Assembly (NCBI GenBank): GCA_965153285.1
Contig: OZ229115.1
Length of the DNA: 64,000 bases
Strand: one strand, 5' to 3'
Source: Podarcis tiliguerta
Lineage: Eukaryota
Shown here: piece after piece, positions 49,840-61,848 of the stretch
How positions within the stretch are numbered: the first letter of the stretch is position 1
How the letters are laid out: each line of letters opens with the position of its first letter
The notes under the pieces: model-generated
Told to the model about the DNA's origin: nothing
What the model saw: only the letters and a program-made list of their open reading frames with translations
Database searches by the model: none
Made by a program: the position numbers and the translations under genes

Positions 49840-52800
49840 CTGTCAAAAACATCTGGCCAAAGTGCAGCTAGAGGGTGAATCTTAAGTCCACTGTTGCATT
49901 TCACCAGTACCCTGGTGCCAGTTCTAATTCTTTTCTGCCGGCACCTGAAGAGAATGTCTCTGAACATCTACCTCTTTGCTCAGCTGAGCAAGCAAAGAAA
50001 ATCTCCTCTGTTGGTGGTGGGATTTCCCCACCCCCACCCTCTCTTTCTCGGATAGGTTCAAAGAGAGGAACTGGTGTATGAAACTGTAGAGGCCGAATAC
50101 TTTGAAAGGACCGTATACCTATTTCTGGAAGGAAAGCTGGAGAAAATTGTGATCACACTGTACTGAAAAGCCTGACTCTCTCCACCATTTTTGGACAGGG
50201 AAATGCTAGCAGCATGCTCCTGCACTGTATATCTAAAATATTTCTATAGCACATCAACTTATTGCACTTATTTTGGCCTCTAGCCCTTGGCTTTCTTTCT
50301 AGTAAGAGATCTTGAATAACCAAGTGCCTATTTGCAAAAGCAGGACAGGCCTTAAACTTACCCTGCAAAGTTCCTAGCTGTCCCATCTTGAGCACCTGAA
50401 CCTGCCTCGGACCCTTGGTCTGCCTGCTCTTGACCTGCAGTGGGTCTCCAGTGTCCTCCTTCCCTGCTCTGTTCACTGATCCTTCTTAATAGGACTTTCA
50501 GGGGATTGAATGTGGAACCTTCTACACGCAGAGCATGTGTTCTGCCATTGAGCTATATCACCTCCCCAGTAATGCACAAGGACGTCTCTGCACCGTTGAC
50601 TGAAATACACATTGATCTTTAAGACCTGTGGGGAACTCCAGCAGTCAGTCGCCATCCTCCAGTGTTAAATACATTTCATTTAACTCTTCTTGACAATGCT
50701 GGAAGCCATTGGTGCCTCTCACCAGGCCCAGTTAACAGCCGTGGATATTAAAACTAACATTTACTCCAATGCCGGTCATAAATCATGGCTCTGCGAGGGC
50801 TATGTAGAGAAGATTGAACTGCCCCAGCTCACTATGCACTTCTCTCTCTTTTTTTAAATTCGTTCAACATCTTTGTCAGGCACAGACTCTTTATTTTTGA
50901 TCTGTGAAAAATGAACCAGGGGGAAACACACTTCATCAAGATTCTATACTTTGAAAGCTCTTTCCGGGTGACTGCTGTGCAGTTAAGCTACAGGTAAAGA
51001 GCTAGGGGAACAAAAGGGGAACACAAAGGGATTTAGCCACACAGTTTGATGCTGCTTGGATAAAGAAGTAAATTGCTGTTGTGTATTCAGCCTTACGAAC
51101 TTTGGAACTGGATTTTTCATGAGCCTATGTGCCCCATAATTCTCTGTTCAAATGAATATTTGCTGGGAAATAGCTGATTGACTAGATAACCACTATTTAT
51201 TTGAAAGCCATAATATCTGATCCTGGTTCTCATGTCTTGTTCCTGTTTTGCAACTGAATGCGTGAACTGCCTTGATTCCAAAGTGTTCTTGCTTGATATG
51301 ATGGAAATTCGTACAAAAGTGCTGTCTGTCTGTGATACATACATGTCGTTGCTAGATGTTGTGGTTATTGCATTTATAAATTCTTCCTAAGCGGGGGCCA
51401 GACTGCAGTAGAAGTGGAGTACAGGATCATAAGTCCTTTATTGGTGGTTTTATTACGTTGCCATTTTACTGTACAAGCTCCAAGTTGGAGAAATCACTGT
51501 GCAATCACAAATAGCCAGAGGGTGGACACCTATTTCCTAAAACAGCTTTGCTCTTGCCTAATATGATGATGATGTATCGTTTCAGAGATGTGCAGTATTC
51601 TGAGAGGGTGTTAATATGTCTTGCATCTAGGTAAACTGTTAATCAGGTCTGGGCCTTAAGACATCACAGAACTCCCTTTGTTAAGGGGCTGGTATCACTT
51701 AAGCAATAAAGTGGTACATTGTTTAAGTCCATTTCCTTTGTTTTTACGGCCAGAGTTCCTATGTCCCTTTCTATTTGCATGGCATGTATAAATGTAAAAG
51801 GTACATTGATGGAGGGGGCAGTATTTGTTGATTTTCTGCTCATCTTGTAGCTGTTCAGGATGTTGAACATAGGAGTACTGCCAGATAAAAGTGGCAGTCC
51901 TTGTACCACTTTAGGAAGTCTCCCTCCACTTTTTACCATGTAAAGGTTGTGTCTGCAGAAGCCTGAAGATTAAGTGTCATTTCTGGCTTAGCTTTCTGCA
52001 TATTAGCCAGCGAAAAAGCAGCAGTGAAGAAGATACTGGCCAGTTTCACACCCATTGTTAATCTGAGTCCACTTGCTGCAGATGATATTCCTTCACTAGA
52101 CTAACTTTGCATTCTCTAGAGATAAAGCACTCTTCCACCTTCAGAATAATAATTATTATTGTTATTATTGTTATTATTATTTGCCCTGATGAACACCTAA
52201 TCGATTAACTGAAACTAGTGGTCAGTATTTTTTAAAGCATTTGCAGTATTGTTTTTAAAAATACTATTTGAATTCTTGAATCTGTGGTACCCTGCAGATG
52301 TTACATCTTCCCATCTTCCCTGACTAGGGGGCTGACAATTGGGACCCAGCAGCATTGCCTGCCTCTGCTCTGTGCCTTTGTAAGTGGCCAGTTTTGCCAC
52401 ATGTGACTGAATTAATGGTTAGAGAAAGCACAGATATGGAGTTGAAAAGGGAAGAAAGTGCCTATTTGCTGCCTGGTGAATTTGAGTTCTGGGGTGTTTA
52501 AATATAATTTTAAAATGCTCACAATGGTGCTTGCCTCTTCAGATTCTCCAGCATAATACAGGATGGTCATAAGCTACGAGAAACAATAGTAATATACATG
52601 AGCAAATGGCAACGTGTGCATTAATAAGATCTATACTGATTTTACAGCTAATTGAAGAAAAGCTCCCTTGTATGTTCTTGAGTTATGGGAGTGACACTCT
52701 GCCAATTTCCTTCCATTTGGATAGTAGAAAAGGTGTCTTGTCTTAATTGGTCTCTAACATAACTGATTCTGCCACTGTTTTGCTCTTGCTGACAGGCAAT

Positions 52801-53060
52801 CTCATTTCCTACAGCAGAATACCACAGTTAATATGGGGCAGTAGATTCTGTGTGGATAGGAAGCAAGACATGCTTCAGCTGTGATTGCACAACACTGAAT
52901 GGGCTCTCTCTTTTTAATGAAGTATCAGAACCCAGCATTTAAACATGGCATGTCACCAAAGGACTAATGTCAACTCTATTACTATGTAATCCATTTCTCA
53001 CTCATTTTGTGTTTTAATCAAATAATGTTTGTAAAAAAATTCTAAAATACATCGATATTA
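49840..53060 (+). other. NRAS: NRAS 3'UTR terminal exon (end uncertain)
   Basis: Donor TCAG|gtgggt 4 nt after the stop; CTAAC branch site at 49813 and pyrimidine tract with cag at 49837-49839; AATAAA at 51705; AU-rich block near 52960-53050. Confidence 0.55.
50498..50567 (-). mobile_element. tRNA-derived SINE head inside the NRAS 3'UTR
   Basis: Reverse complement reads GGGGAGGTGATATAGCTCAATGGCAGAACACATGCTCTGCGTGTAGAAGG..TTCAATCCCC. Confidence 0.6.
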
Positions 53061-53532
53061 TTCCTTGGTGTGTGTGCAATTCTTATTATCCATTTCATTT
53101 CTTAACTGCTTTATATTTTTAAGGGGAAAACAAATCTCAAAGCGGTTTGCAACCTTGGATTACTAGTAGTAACTTCTAAGTGGCAAAGAAGTATGAGGCT
53201 GCTTAAAAGTCAGTGTAAATCTATAAGTAATGACGGAGTGATCTGAACTGGTCTGAACCCTATATTACTCAATCAAACCACAGCAAGCCTGCTGCTGTGT
53301 CATAGACGCTGCCTGACAGTAAGGAAATTGATTTACACTTATCTGTCTTTATCTTCACCTCCCACTTGCTTTAGATAAGTCTCTCATGGGGGAAGTCTCT
53401 AGGTTTCCTGTTCTCTCTTCAGCTTAGAGGGTTTTCCCCTTCCTAAATCATACTTTGTAGCTGGACTAGAGATTCTCCATTAGTTATACATGGGTGATGG
53501 TGGAAAGTTCCCGAGTAAAGGCTGATATGAAA

Positions 53533-53710
53533 GCTAGCATGGTGTAGTGGTCAGAATGTCAGACTGGAGGAGATCTGTGCTCAAATCTCCAGTCAGCCAT
53601 TATGCTTACTTGGGCCAATTACTCAGCATAGTCTTCACAGGCTTGTGAGGCTAAGCCAGAGGTCCTTGAGGAGAGCAACTTGGGGAAAGGCTGGGATGTA
53701 ATAAATGAAT
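53533..53710 (+). mobile_element. Decayed tRNA-derived SINE
   Basis: GCATGGTGTAGTGGTCAGA A box and GCTCAAATCTCC B-box-like motif. Confidence 0.55.
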
Positions 53711-54309
53711 GATTTCTCTTTTACCTTAAGGGGCATCGCTTTTCCTAAGGGAGCACAAAGCTACAATTTCTCCTGTGTCCACAGATTACAGTCTGATTAG
53801 TGGGATAAGCCCATCTGGGCAAACAAGACTTCTATTGTTGGGAATTTAGAGCCTATAATCCTCCCTCTGCCAAGCACTTGCACTTTCTGCTTTTGAAAGG
53901 GCCGCAGTGGATTCAGTTTATCTTCAATGTGAATTCAAAACTTATTTTGGGTTAGATGTCATGGATGACAAACCCTAGTCTGCTTCTACCTTGAAGTCAC
54001 ATTTTTGCACACGGGTCAGCGGTCGCTAAGAAATGTGGATTATCTGTTCCTAGGTGAGTAATACCTATATGGTGCTTAGTCAGATTTTAGTGGTGTTTGC
54101 CACCCCTTTTCTAGGTGCCCAGGACATTGAGACCTTTAATTCCTAGACTCGCTTGCCATGTTGACACATTTTCTCGGATTTGCAAGCTCCTCTCACAGGA
54201 GCTCAAGGGGAAAGCATAAATGCACTTTGGTGGGTACTGCAAAATGATAAGCAACAAAGCCAGAAAGGTTTTCATGAGAACACTGTTGTTTTACCTCTCT
54301 GTTGAAGAA

Positions 54310-54588
54310 GTTGTTTTCTGCTGCTCCAGAGAAGCGGACATGGAGCAATGGATCCAAACTACAAGAAAGAAGATTCCACCTAAACATTAGGAAGAACTTC
54401 CTGACAGTAAGAGCTGTTCGACAGTGGAATTTGCTGCCAAGGAGTGTGGTGGAGTCTCCTTCTTTGGAGGTCTTTAAGCAGAGGCTTGACAACCATATGT
54501 CAGGAGTGCTCTGATGGTGTTTCCTGCTTGGCAGGGGGTTGGACTCGATGGCCCTTGTGGTCTCTTCCAACTCTATGATTCTATTCTA
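54310..54588 (+). mobile_element. CR1 LINE 3' end (5'-truncated)
   Basis: ORF2 C-terminus RRFHLNIRKNFLTVRAVRQWNLLPRSVVESPSLEVFKQRLD and CR1 tail CTCTATGATTCTATTCTA. Confidence 0.92.
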
Positions 54589-55523
54589 AGTTTGGTTCTG
54601 TAGAAGCAGTGTGAAGAAGCTCATTTGAAGGAGAAACACTAACCAGGAAAATGTTATGCAGGACGTGTCCTACCAGCTTTTTTTGAATCGTAGTGGCTGG
54701 GTAGAACAATTACAGAACTGTACTGTTGAATTGGTACACTAAATGGGCAGAGGGTTTTTTGTGTTGTTGTTTTTGGTGACTGTAACAGCTCATCCCTTTC
54801 CTCTAAAGTAGGAATGGGAAACCTGTGGCACTCCAGATGTTCTTGAACTTGCCTCAGCCAGCATGGCCAATGCTCTGGGAGGACATAGTCAAAAACAACC
54901 TGTCAAAAGCAGTTCTCATTCTGCCTCTAAAGCTGCTGCAGGTGTGTTTTACTCTGGTATAAATTATCAGAAAGGAGCCAGTAGAATCTACGTATGTTTA
55001 CTTCTCCCTAAATACTGGAGCTGGCTGGTGGCTTCCAATGCTTGCCACGCAGAGGAAATTCAATCCCTTAGTTATCTGATATGACCACATGCAAGTGTGA
55101 CTTGGACAAGGGCTGTTGCTTCAAGAAAGAGTAGTAAGAGCTAGTCTGTGATGTGTGGACTATTTGTGCGAGTGTACAAACAGAAACAGCATTTCCCATA
55201 CTTCTGCTAGAGATAACAATTAGTTTTTATGAATTACAATCACAGGCAGAGCACTCATGGCAATATCTGAATTAAAATGAAGCTGTGCCGCCAAGAGTGA
55301 GACCTTACGTTTGAACCCTGATTGTAGAGTTGGAAGTGACTGTGAGCATCATCTAGTCCACCCCCTGCAATGCAGGAATTACTATTGCACTGGGGAAATG
55401 TCTGTGCAGTGCACTTCTCCCATTCGTTTGCTTCCCTCTTTCTTTTTCCTAGTGTAAAGTATGAAGCCTTTACCTAGATGTACCTGAGCTGACGTTGTCC
55501 TCAGCTGCCACTTTGTTTCAGCA

Positions 55524-55912
55524 CAGGACCCGGGTGGTGCTGTGGTCTAAAACCACTGAGCTTCTTGGGCTTGCCGATCAGAAAGTCGGCAGTTTGAATC
55601 CCCACAACAGGGTGAGCTCCCATTGCTCTGTCCTAGTTCCTGCCAACCTAGCACTTCGAAAGCACACTAGTTCAAGTAGATAAATAGGTACCATTGTGGC
55701 AGGGAAGGTAAACAGCGTTTCCATGCACTCTGGTTTCCACCACGGTGTCCCGTTGCGCCAGAAGTGGTTTAGTCATGCTGGCCACATGACTCAGAAAGCT
55801 GTCTGCAGACAAACGCCAGCTCCGTTGGCCTGAAGCGAGATGGGTGCCGCAACCCCATAGTCGCCTTTGACTGGACTTAACCGTCTGGGAGTCCTTTACC
55901 TTTTACCTTACC
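55524..55912 (+). mobile_element. Sauria SINE
   Basis: Homologous to 26208-26569; CCTTTA tail; 11-bp TSD TTGTTTCAGCA at 55513 and 55913. Confidence 0.9.
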
Positions 55913-57299
55913 TTGTTTCAGCATGGAATATACACATTGGTCTCAGCAGCACCCTAGTTCTGTGCATCAACAGCCGCTTCAGCCTGAATGTCTAATCTCA
56001 AAAAGCCTGCCACATCTTGGTGTCATACGTGAAAAGAGCAGAAGCCTCAACTGCTTGGGTCAAGAATCTTGGTCTTAAAACTCTTGGATTTTTGCATATA
56101 CATGTATGCCAGGAGATGTTAGGCAGTGAAACTTCCCAGCCAAGGAGGAAAATGTACTTTTAATACAGCCCTGCCAATGGGACACAGCCATCATGGAGCA
56201 CAAGGGTCTATCTGCTCTGCTCATATCCTCACATTCTCTGTTCACCCTTTTCCTTCTGACCCCAAGGAAGCTTAGCTAGTTAATTTGATATTCTGGATAA
56301 AAGAAGGCGCAAGAACTCAAAAGAGAATTAACAAGACTGTAGAGCCTGAAGGTCATTCTTGGTTTCAGATGCAAATTTAATGCCGTTGACATTCAGTGCA
56401 GAAAGATTAGAAGCAAATGCACTCTTTATAGATAGCCATAGAGTGCAAATAGTTTGCGCATTCAAAAGAGTGAGCCATTGGGCTTGGCTGTAAGGTTTGG
56501 TTAAATTGATGGGGGATAAGGAATTTGGAGCGCCTGGTCAGAAGACATTGGTGACTGGAAATAGTTTTCATGCTTGTACATCAGAAGCAAAGCAGCGTTT
56601 TAGGAAGGCCACTCAAATACTTGGCCCTGTTTCAGTAGTCATAATACTCATTTCTTGTGCTATCCTTGCTTTAAAATTTGATTTTATATCCCACCATTCT
56701 AGCCCTTAGGATGACTAACACCAATTGAAGTTAGTTATAAAATACAATAACATTAAATAACGTAACATCATAAAACAGGGGTAGGTTCAGTAGAGGGTAG
56801 ATGAAACAAATGTACCCCTGGCTACCACAGAAACATGAGCATCCATTCTCAGGAAGGAATGGAGCCATATAAAGCCATACAATAACATTTCAAAAAAGCA
56901 CTAAACATATTTGGTATGTATTGATGGATTCAATATTTCTTAGTTTTGCCATGCAATCTTGCTCTAAGGGAACAGAGTACCCACTGCTAGCCTGGATGGA
57001 TACAGATTTTGAAGAGGCAAAAAACTGCTTGAAAGGACGCTGCAGATAAGTTCCAGTGTTGAACATATCCCAAAGGATTGTGGTGCAAAGTCAGTACTTT
57101 TTTTATAAGTACAAATAGTTGTGCTAATCTGGTCTCCATTCAAGAGTCAGTGATAGGTGCCACCTGTGACCAACTCAAAAGCACCCAGTCCTGGCCATGA
57201 TCCTGGCAACATTCTCTGATTTGTGGTGGGTGGAGCAGAGCTCCCAAATTTACTGCCCATGCATCTCGGGACAAACAGAGTTAACCCCCAAGCCTGTAG

Positions 57300-57510
57300 C
57301 TTCACCTGTTAACAACTGAGACTTTGCCTGGCTGCAGCTTTAAATAGTCTGCTGCGTATTCCTTCACTCCTTTTAGATGAGGAGAGTTGGGTTACAAGAG
57401 CAGAGATAAATAGTAAAATGAGTGTTGGGTGGTTGTGCAGCTTCGTTCTTCCACTCGTCCACGCCACACTTGGTTTCTCAGGACTCTCCTGACCTGAGGT
57501 AGTAGGGAAA
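57300..57510 (+). promoter_or_regulatory. AMPD1: AMPD1 muscle-type promoter and 5'UTR
   Basis: E-boxes CACCTG 57303 and CAACTG 57313, MEF2-like CTTTAAATAG 57338-57347, TATA-like GATAAATA 57405-57412; no CpG island. Confidence 0.65.
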
Positions 57511-57532
57511 ATGCCGAAGGTGAAAGTTCCAG
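57511..57532 (+). CDS. AMPD1: AMPD1 coding exon 1
   Basis: ATG CCG AAG GTG AAA GTT CCA G|gtaggt; 22 coding nt, comparable to human MPLFKLP; phase fits exons 2 and 3. Confidence 0.82.
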
Positions 57533-58134
57533 GTAGGTCTAAATTCCCACATAGCCTTAGGCAAGTTGGGAGGAAGCCTTCTTTTATGATGAGGCTGGTG
57601 CCAATAGCCGGACTCTCAAGAATGGATTCACAAAGCAGCTCTGATTGCCTATTTAAGTTGTGCAGGGCACAGGAGGTGGAAGGAGTGAGAGCTTGAGCCA
57701 TTAGCCTTCCCAATATGAGTAGTTTGGATAGACAGTCAGGCAAGTGGCTTTTAGGCCACAGAAGTGAAATTGGATGAGACCAATCGATTCAGCAGAACCC
57801 AGTTTTGCTGTGTTAAAAATTTATCAGAGGTTGGATAAACTTATACAGGAGCACCCCTAGACATTGGTGTTTGCCAGATAAAAGAGAAATTGAAGGGTTT
57901 TCAGTAACCTTTAATGGCTTATCATTAGCAGCAAGGTAATTAAGACATGCACCAGGCTAGTAGCCAAAGGGGGGTTGGATTTAGCTTCTCTCTGTCGGCT
58001 CGTAAAAGACCTGAATAAACCCTCATCGGAACATGTTGCCTTCCAACTCTGTGGTTCTGTGCTGTTACTAGCAGAATAGCAACATGGTCCAAGGAAACTA
58101 TAACAAAACTGATTAGATTTATTGCATTTTTTGA

Positions 58135-58155
58135 AGCAGCAGCAGCAGCAGCAGC
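58135..58155. repeat. (GCA)n trinucleotide repeat
   Basis: About 7 units, intronic. Confidence 0.9.
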
Positions 58156-59745
58156 AACTATCCACATATTAAATCTAAGCCTTTGATAAGCTTAAAAATT
58201 ACATAAATAATCCTTTCCACTTGCTCTTATTTTGTTATGCTCCTAAAGGAACATTTCTTACAGCAAACAAAATGGATTTAAAAAGTGTTTTGTCGCTTTT
58301 CTCTTTGTCCAATATTTCAAGTTGTTATCAAAGGGTTCTGTTCTCTCCCCCCCTCCCACCATATTAGAGTACAAAGATGCTTCCCTTTTAAATAAAAATA
58401 ATAAATATCCACAGCTCATAAATATTCCTACAATGTCCTTGCCACATGAACAGGTAGCCTCAGGTCTGTTGATTTCATTTGACAGAAAGCGAATGGTGCA
58501 ATAGTTTCCCTTTGAGTATGACAGTTATATTCAACACACAGACCTTGGTTCCAGTTTGTACTTTTGCATGTTTTTTTAAAAGGTGAAGTATAGGAAGTTT
58601 TGCTGCTGTATCCTTTTACTTCCTTTGAGCAAATGAGCTGAGAAGATGAATCCTACTGGTAGACATGCTAATAAATTGTCAGGGGAGAATGAAGAGCATT
58701 GTAATGGTAGAAATGCTGAATAATGCCCACAGGTGCCTACTAAGAAGACCTGGACCACATTTTTGTGTTGCACTTTCAACTGATATATCGCACTAACTTT
58801 TTAAAAAAACTGTCAGTCTGTACCCCCTTCAGATACAGTGGTATCTTCCATGCTTGGAAACACTCCAGCCAAGGGGTCGTACACACTTCTGCTTGACCTG
58901 TGATTTGTAGGCATGGATCTGAACGGTTTTCCTCTTGCCTCGCTCTAGCCCCAGGGAAAACACACTCTCTAGTGCTAAATTGGAGCAAATGTCAATCTGG
59001 AGAAAACCTGAATTGCTGTTTGCTCTGATTGAGCGCTAATGAGTGGTTTTCCCTGGGGGAAAGCAGTGGAACAAAATCTAGTCTAGGCTGATTTTCTCCT
59101 TACCAAACAACTGTTCTAAGAAGTACTACATACTAGGTTTTAGGTTTTAGAATATTTGTGTGTGGAAACTACTGGACTAAAGGATTATCTTTTCATATTA
59201 TTACTTTGGCATATATGGAAGGTGGTAATCAGAGCCATGCCCCAGACCACCATATGTTCACTTTTCAGAGTTACCATTTGCAAAGAGAGTATTACATTTG
59301 TAGGCAAATGTTCCAAATCATGCATACAAGAAACTATATACCTTCAGATGTACAAGCACAGAGTCTGTGAAAACAGTATTTTTGAATACATGGAGTCATT
59401 GAGTTCAGGCCCTCACAAGCCCCTTCCATATGCCCACTTGTATCCAAATAAATGCATGGAAAGGGATATTGGTGGTGCCAATCCCAGGTTCTGAGGTAGA
59501 ATTTAAAAGGCTGCGTCCGTCATATCAGGATGTCTGGGCAAGTTGTCCCAAATTGCTTTCTTAACCGTTCTTCTTTCCCATTGTAGAGCTGTTAAACTAC
59601 TATGGTATGTAGAGTATATATTTCTGCAAACATTTGCTCATTAAAAATGTTCATTTCTGTATATAAATGTGGACAAGGTTAAAAAAAACTTTAGGTGCTA
59701 CATCCTGTGATCTGATTACATTTATTTTATTTCACTCTCAAACAG

Positions 59746-59757
59746 CAGACGAGAAAC
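59746..59757 (+). CDS. AMPD1: AMPD1 12-nt mini-exon 2
   Basis: Pyrimidine tract then aacag|CAGACGAGAAAC|gtgagt; gives A-D-E-K-Q, matching human A-E-E-K-Q12. Confidence 0.88.
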
Positions 59758-60115
59758 GTGAGTATAACTCGGCCTTCCTTGTGCCGCCTGCTGCTTTGTT
59801 AAGCAGTTGATCATATCCAAAAGACAAATGATCACAGCAACTCAGCGACTGTCCGTTTCTCAGCAGTCATTGCCAGGAGCTATTGATGTATCTGGGGTGG
59901 GGAAGAAAGCTTGTATGGGGCTTGGAGGAAGGAAGGGTGTCATAACGGGACCTGCATGGGGTGTGCTTTCCTCATGAGTCTGGATGATTCAGCCCTTCGT
60001 TAAACCTGCCTTTTCAAGGAGCTCAGATACCTTCCTTTGAGTTGCAATACTAGAAAGGAACGCTGGAGCCCAGTTCTCTCCACCAAGTCTTTTACCTGGG
60101 CACCAACTAAAGGCA

Positions 60116-60460
60116 GGGACGTGGGTGGTGTTGTGGGTAAAACCACAGAGCCTGGGACTTGCCGATCAGAAGGTCACAGTTCGAATCCACGCAACAGGGT
60201 GAGCTCCCGTTGCTCGGTCCTTGCTCCTGCCAACCTAGCAGTTCGAAAGCACGTCAAAGTGCAAGTAGATAAATAGGTACCACTCCGGCGGGAAGGTAAA
60301 CAGCGTTTCCATGCTCTGCTCTGGTTCGCCAGAAGTGGCTTAGTCATGCTGGCCACATGACCCAGAAGCTGTACACTCTTGGCCAATAAAGCGAGATGAG
60401 CGCCACAACCCCAGAGTCGGTCACGACTGGATCTAATGGTCAGGGGTCCCTTTACCTTTA
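60116..60460 (+). mobile_element. Sauria SINE
   Basis: GGGACGTGGGTGGTGTTGTGG head, GTTCGAATCC B box, CCTTTACCTTTA tail; partial TSD CAACTAA. Confidence 0.9.
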
Positions 60461-61558
60461 CAACTAAGCTGGACCCTCAAAAGCACCCTGCTTGCTGGGA
60501 AAAGAGGAACACGAGTGGATGGTTGGAGTTACTTGGTAGTGGGTCCACTTTGACTCTTGGGTTATATAGTTGGACTCTAAGGTTCTCTGCTCATTAAGTT
60601 CCTGGTATATGACTACATTTCAGCCTAAAAACTGGGCATTGGCACAGATTGCCCTGCTGAGAAATGGCTGTCTTTCTGGGCTGCCTGGCTACCGCTGGGT
60701 GCACAGCTGAGCATGAGCCACATTGCCCAGCAACCCCTGTCCGCAAGGGCATTTGCTGGGAACAATGTTGCTTCCCTGTTCTTGTGGAATTGAGATGCGG
60801 ATCACTGGCTGCTTTGACAACACAAGAGGTCTCTAGGCAGGACTTAGGAACTCGGAATAGGACGACGACCCCTTATGTCCAACCTTCTAGTCTGGTGTGA
60901 GTGTGGACTTCATTCCCCGCTCAATCCCCATGCACATTGTCTGTTTGGAAAGTGGCATTGCATGAACTTGCCATTTGCATGGCCTCTAGCATTCCCATCT
61001 CATTGTCATGATACCCTGTGCCCTTCCTGCTTATTCCACTTGCATATCTCCTGCTGAACCAGATTACTTCCCTGCTTCCTCAATGTCCACCATTAAAGCA
61101 GTGCTTGCACAAACATGCTCTTCTGATAGCCTACGTGTGTGGATGGATTACAGAGATTGAGATATTAAATTCTTATAGAAAAACATTTTCTCGGCAGCAA
61201 AATAGTCACTGATCACCAAAACATTTTACTATATGAATTTAATGTATCCAGTAACTAATCCCATTATTGCAAGGATTTCCATTTGGGCAATGGAACTTTC
61301 CCTCCTCCTCCTCCCCACCCCCGTTTCTTCCCCAAATCTGCTCCAAAGAGGTGGAGAAAACTTCAGAACAGATTTAGGGGACGCTCAAAGAAAGTAAGAG
61401 AGGGGAGGTTCTGTTGCACAGTCCAAAGTCCTTGCACTAAGAGAACCACTTCGCTGGGTACCACCCAATATCTCTGTTTTGTTAGTCACTGTAATAAATA
61501 TATGCTTTTAATATCAATTGCATCCTTCCAAGATCCAGAGCAATACACACATGCGCGA

Positions 61559-61584
61559 GCACACACACACACACACACACACAC
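61559..61584. repeat. (CA)n microsatellite
   Basis: Seen directly. Confidence 0.93.
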
Positions 61585-61606
61585 CCCTGCAGCCTTTTGT
61601 ATGATA

Positions 61607-61848
61607 CAGTCGTACCTTGTTTGTCGAACTTAATCTGTTCTGGGAGTCCGTTCGACTCCCGAAATGGTTCAAAAACCAAGGCACAGCTTCCAATTGGCTG
61701 CAGGAGCTTCCTGCACTCAATTGGAAGCTGCGTCAGATGTTCAGCTTCCAAAAAACATTCACAAACCGGAACACTCCCTTTCGGGTTTGCAGCATTCAGG
61801 AACCACAACGTCTGAGTACCAAGGCGTTCGAGAACCAAGGTACGACTG
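61607..61848. mobile_element. Tc1/mariner MITE, second family
   Basis: TA|CAGTCGTACCTTG...CAAGGTACGACTG|TA, perfect 13-bp TIR; internal inverted repeat CAGCTTCCAATTG...CAATTGGAAGCTG. Confidence 0.9.

Noticed and set aside
54302-54514. 70-aa ORF between NRAS and AMPD1
   Set aside because: C-terminal fragment of CR1 ORF2, not a host gene
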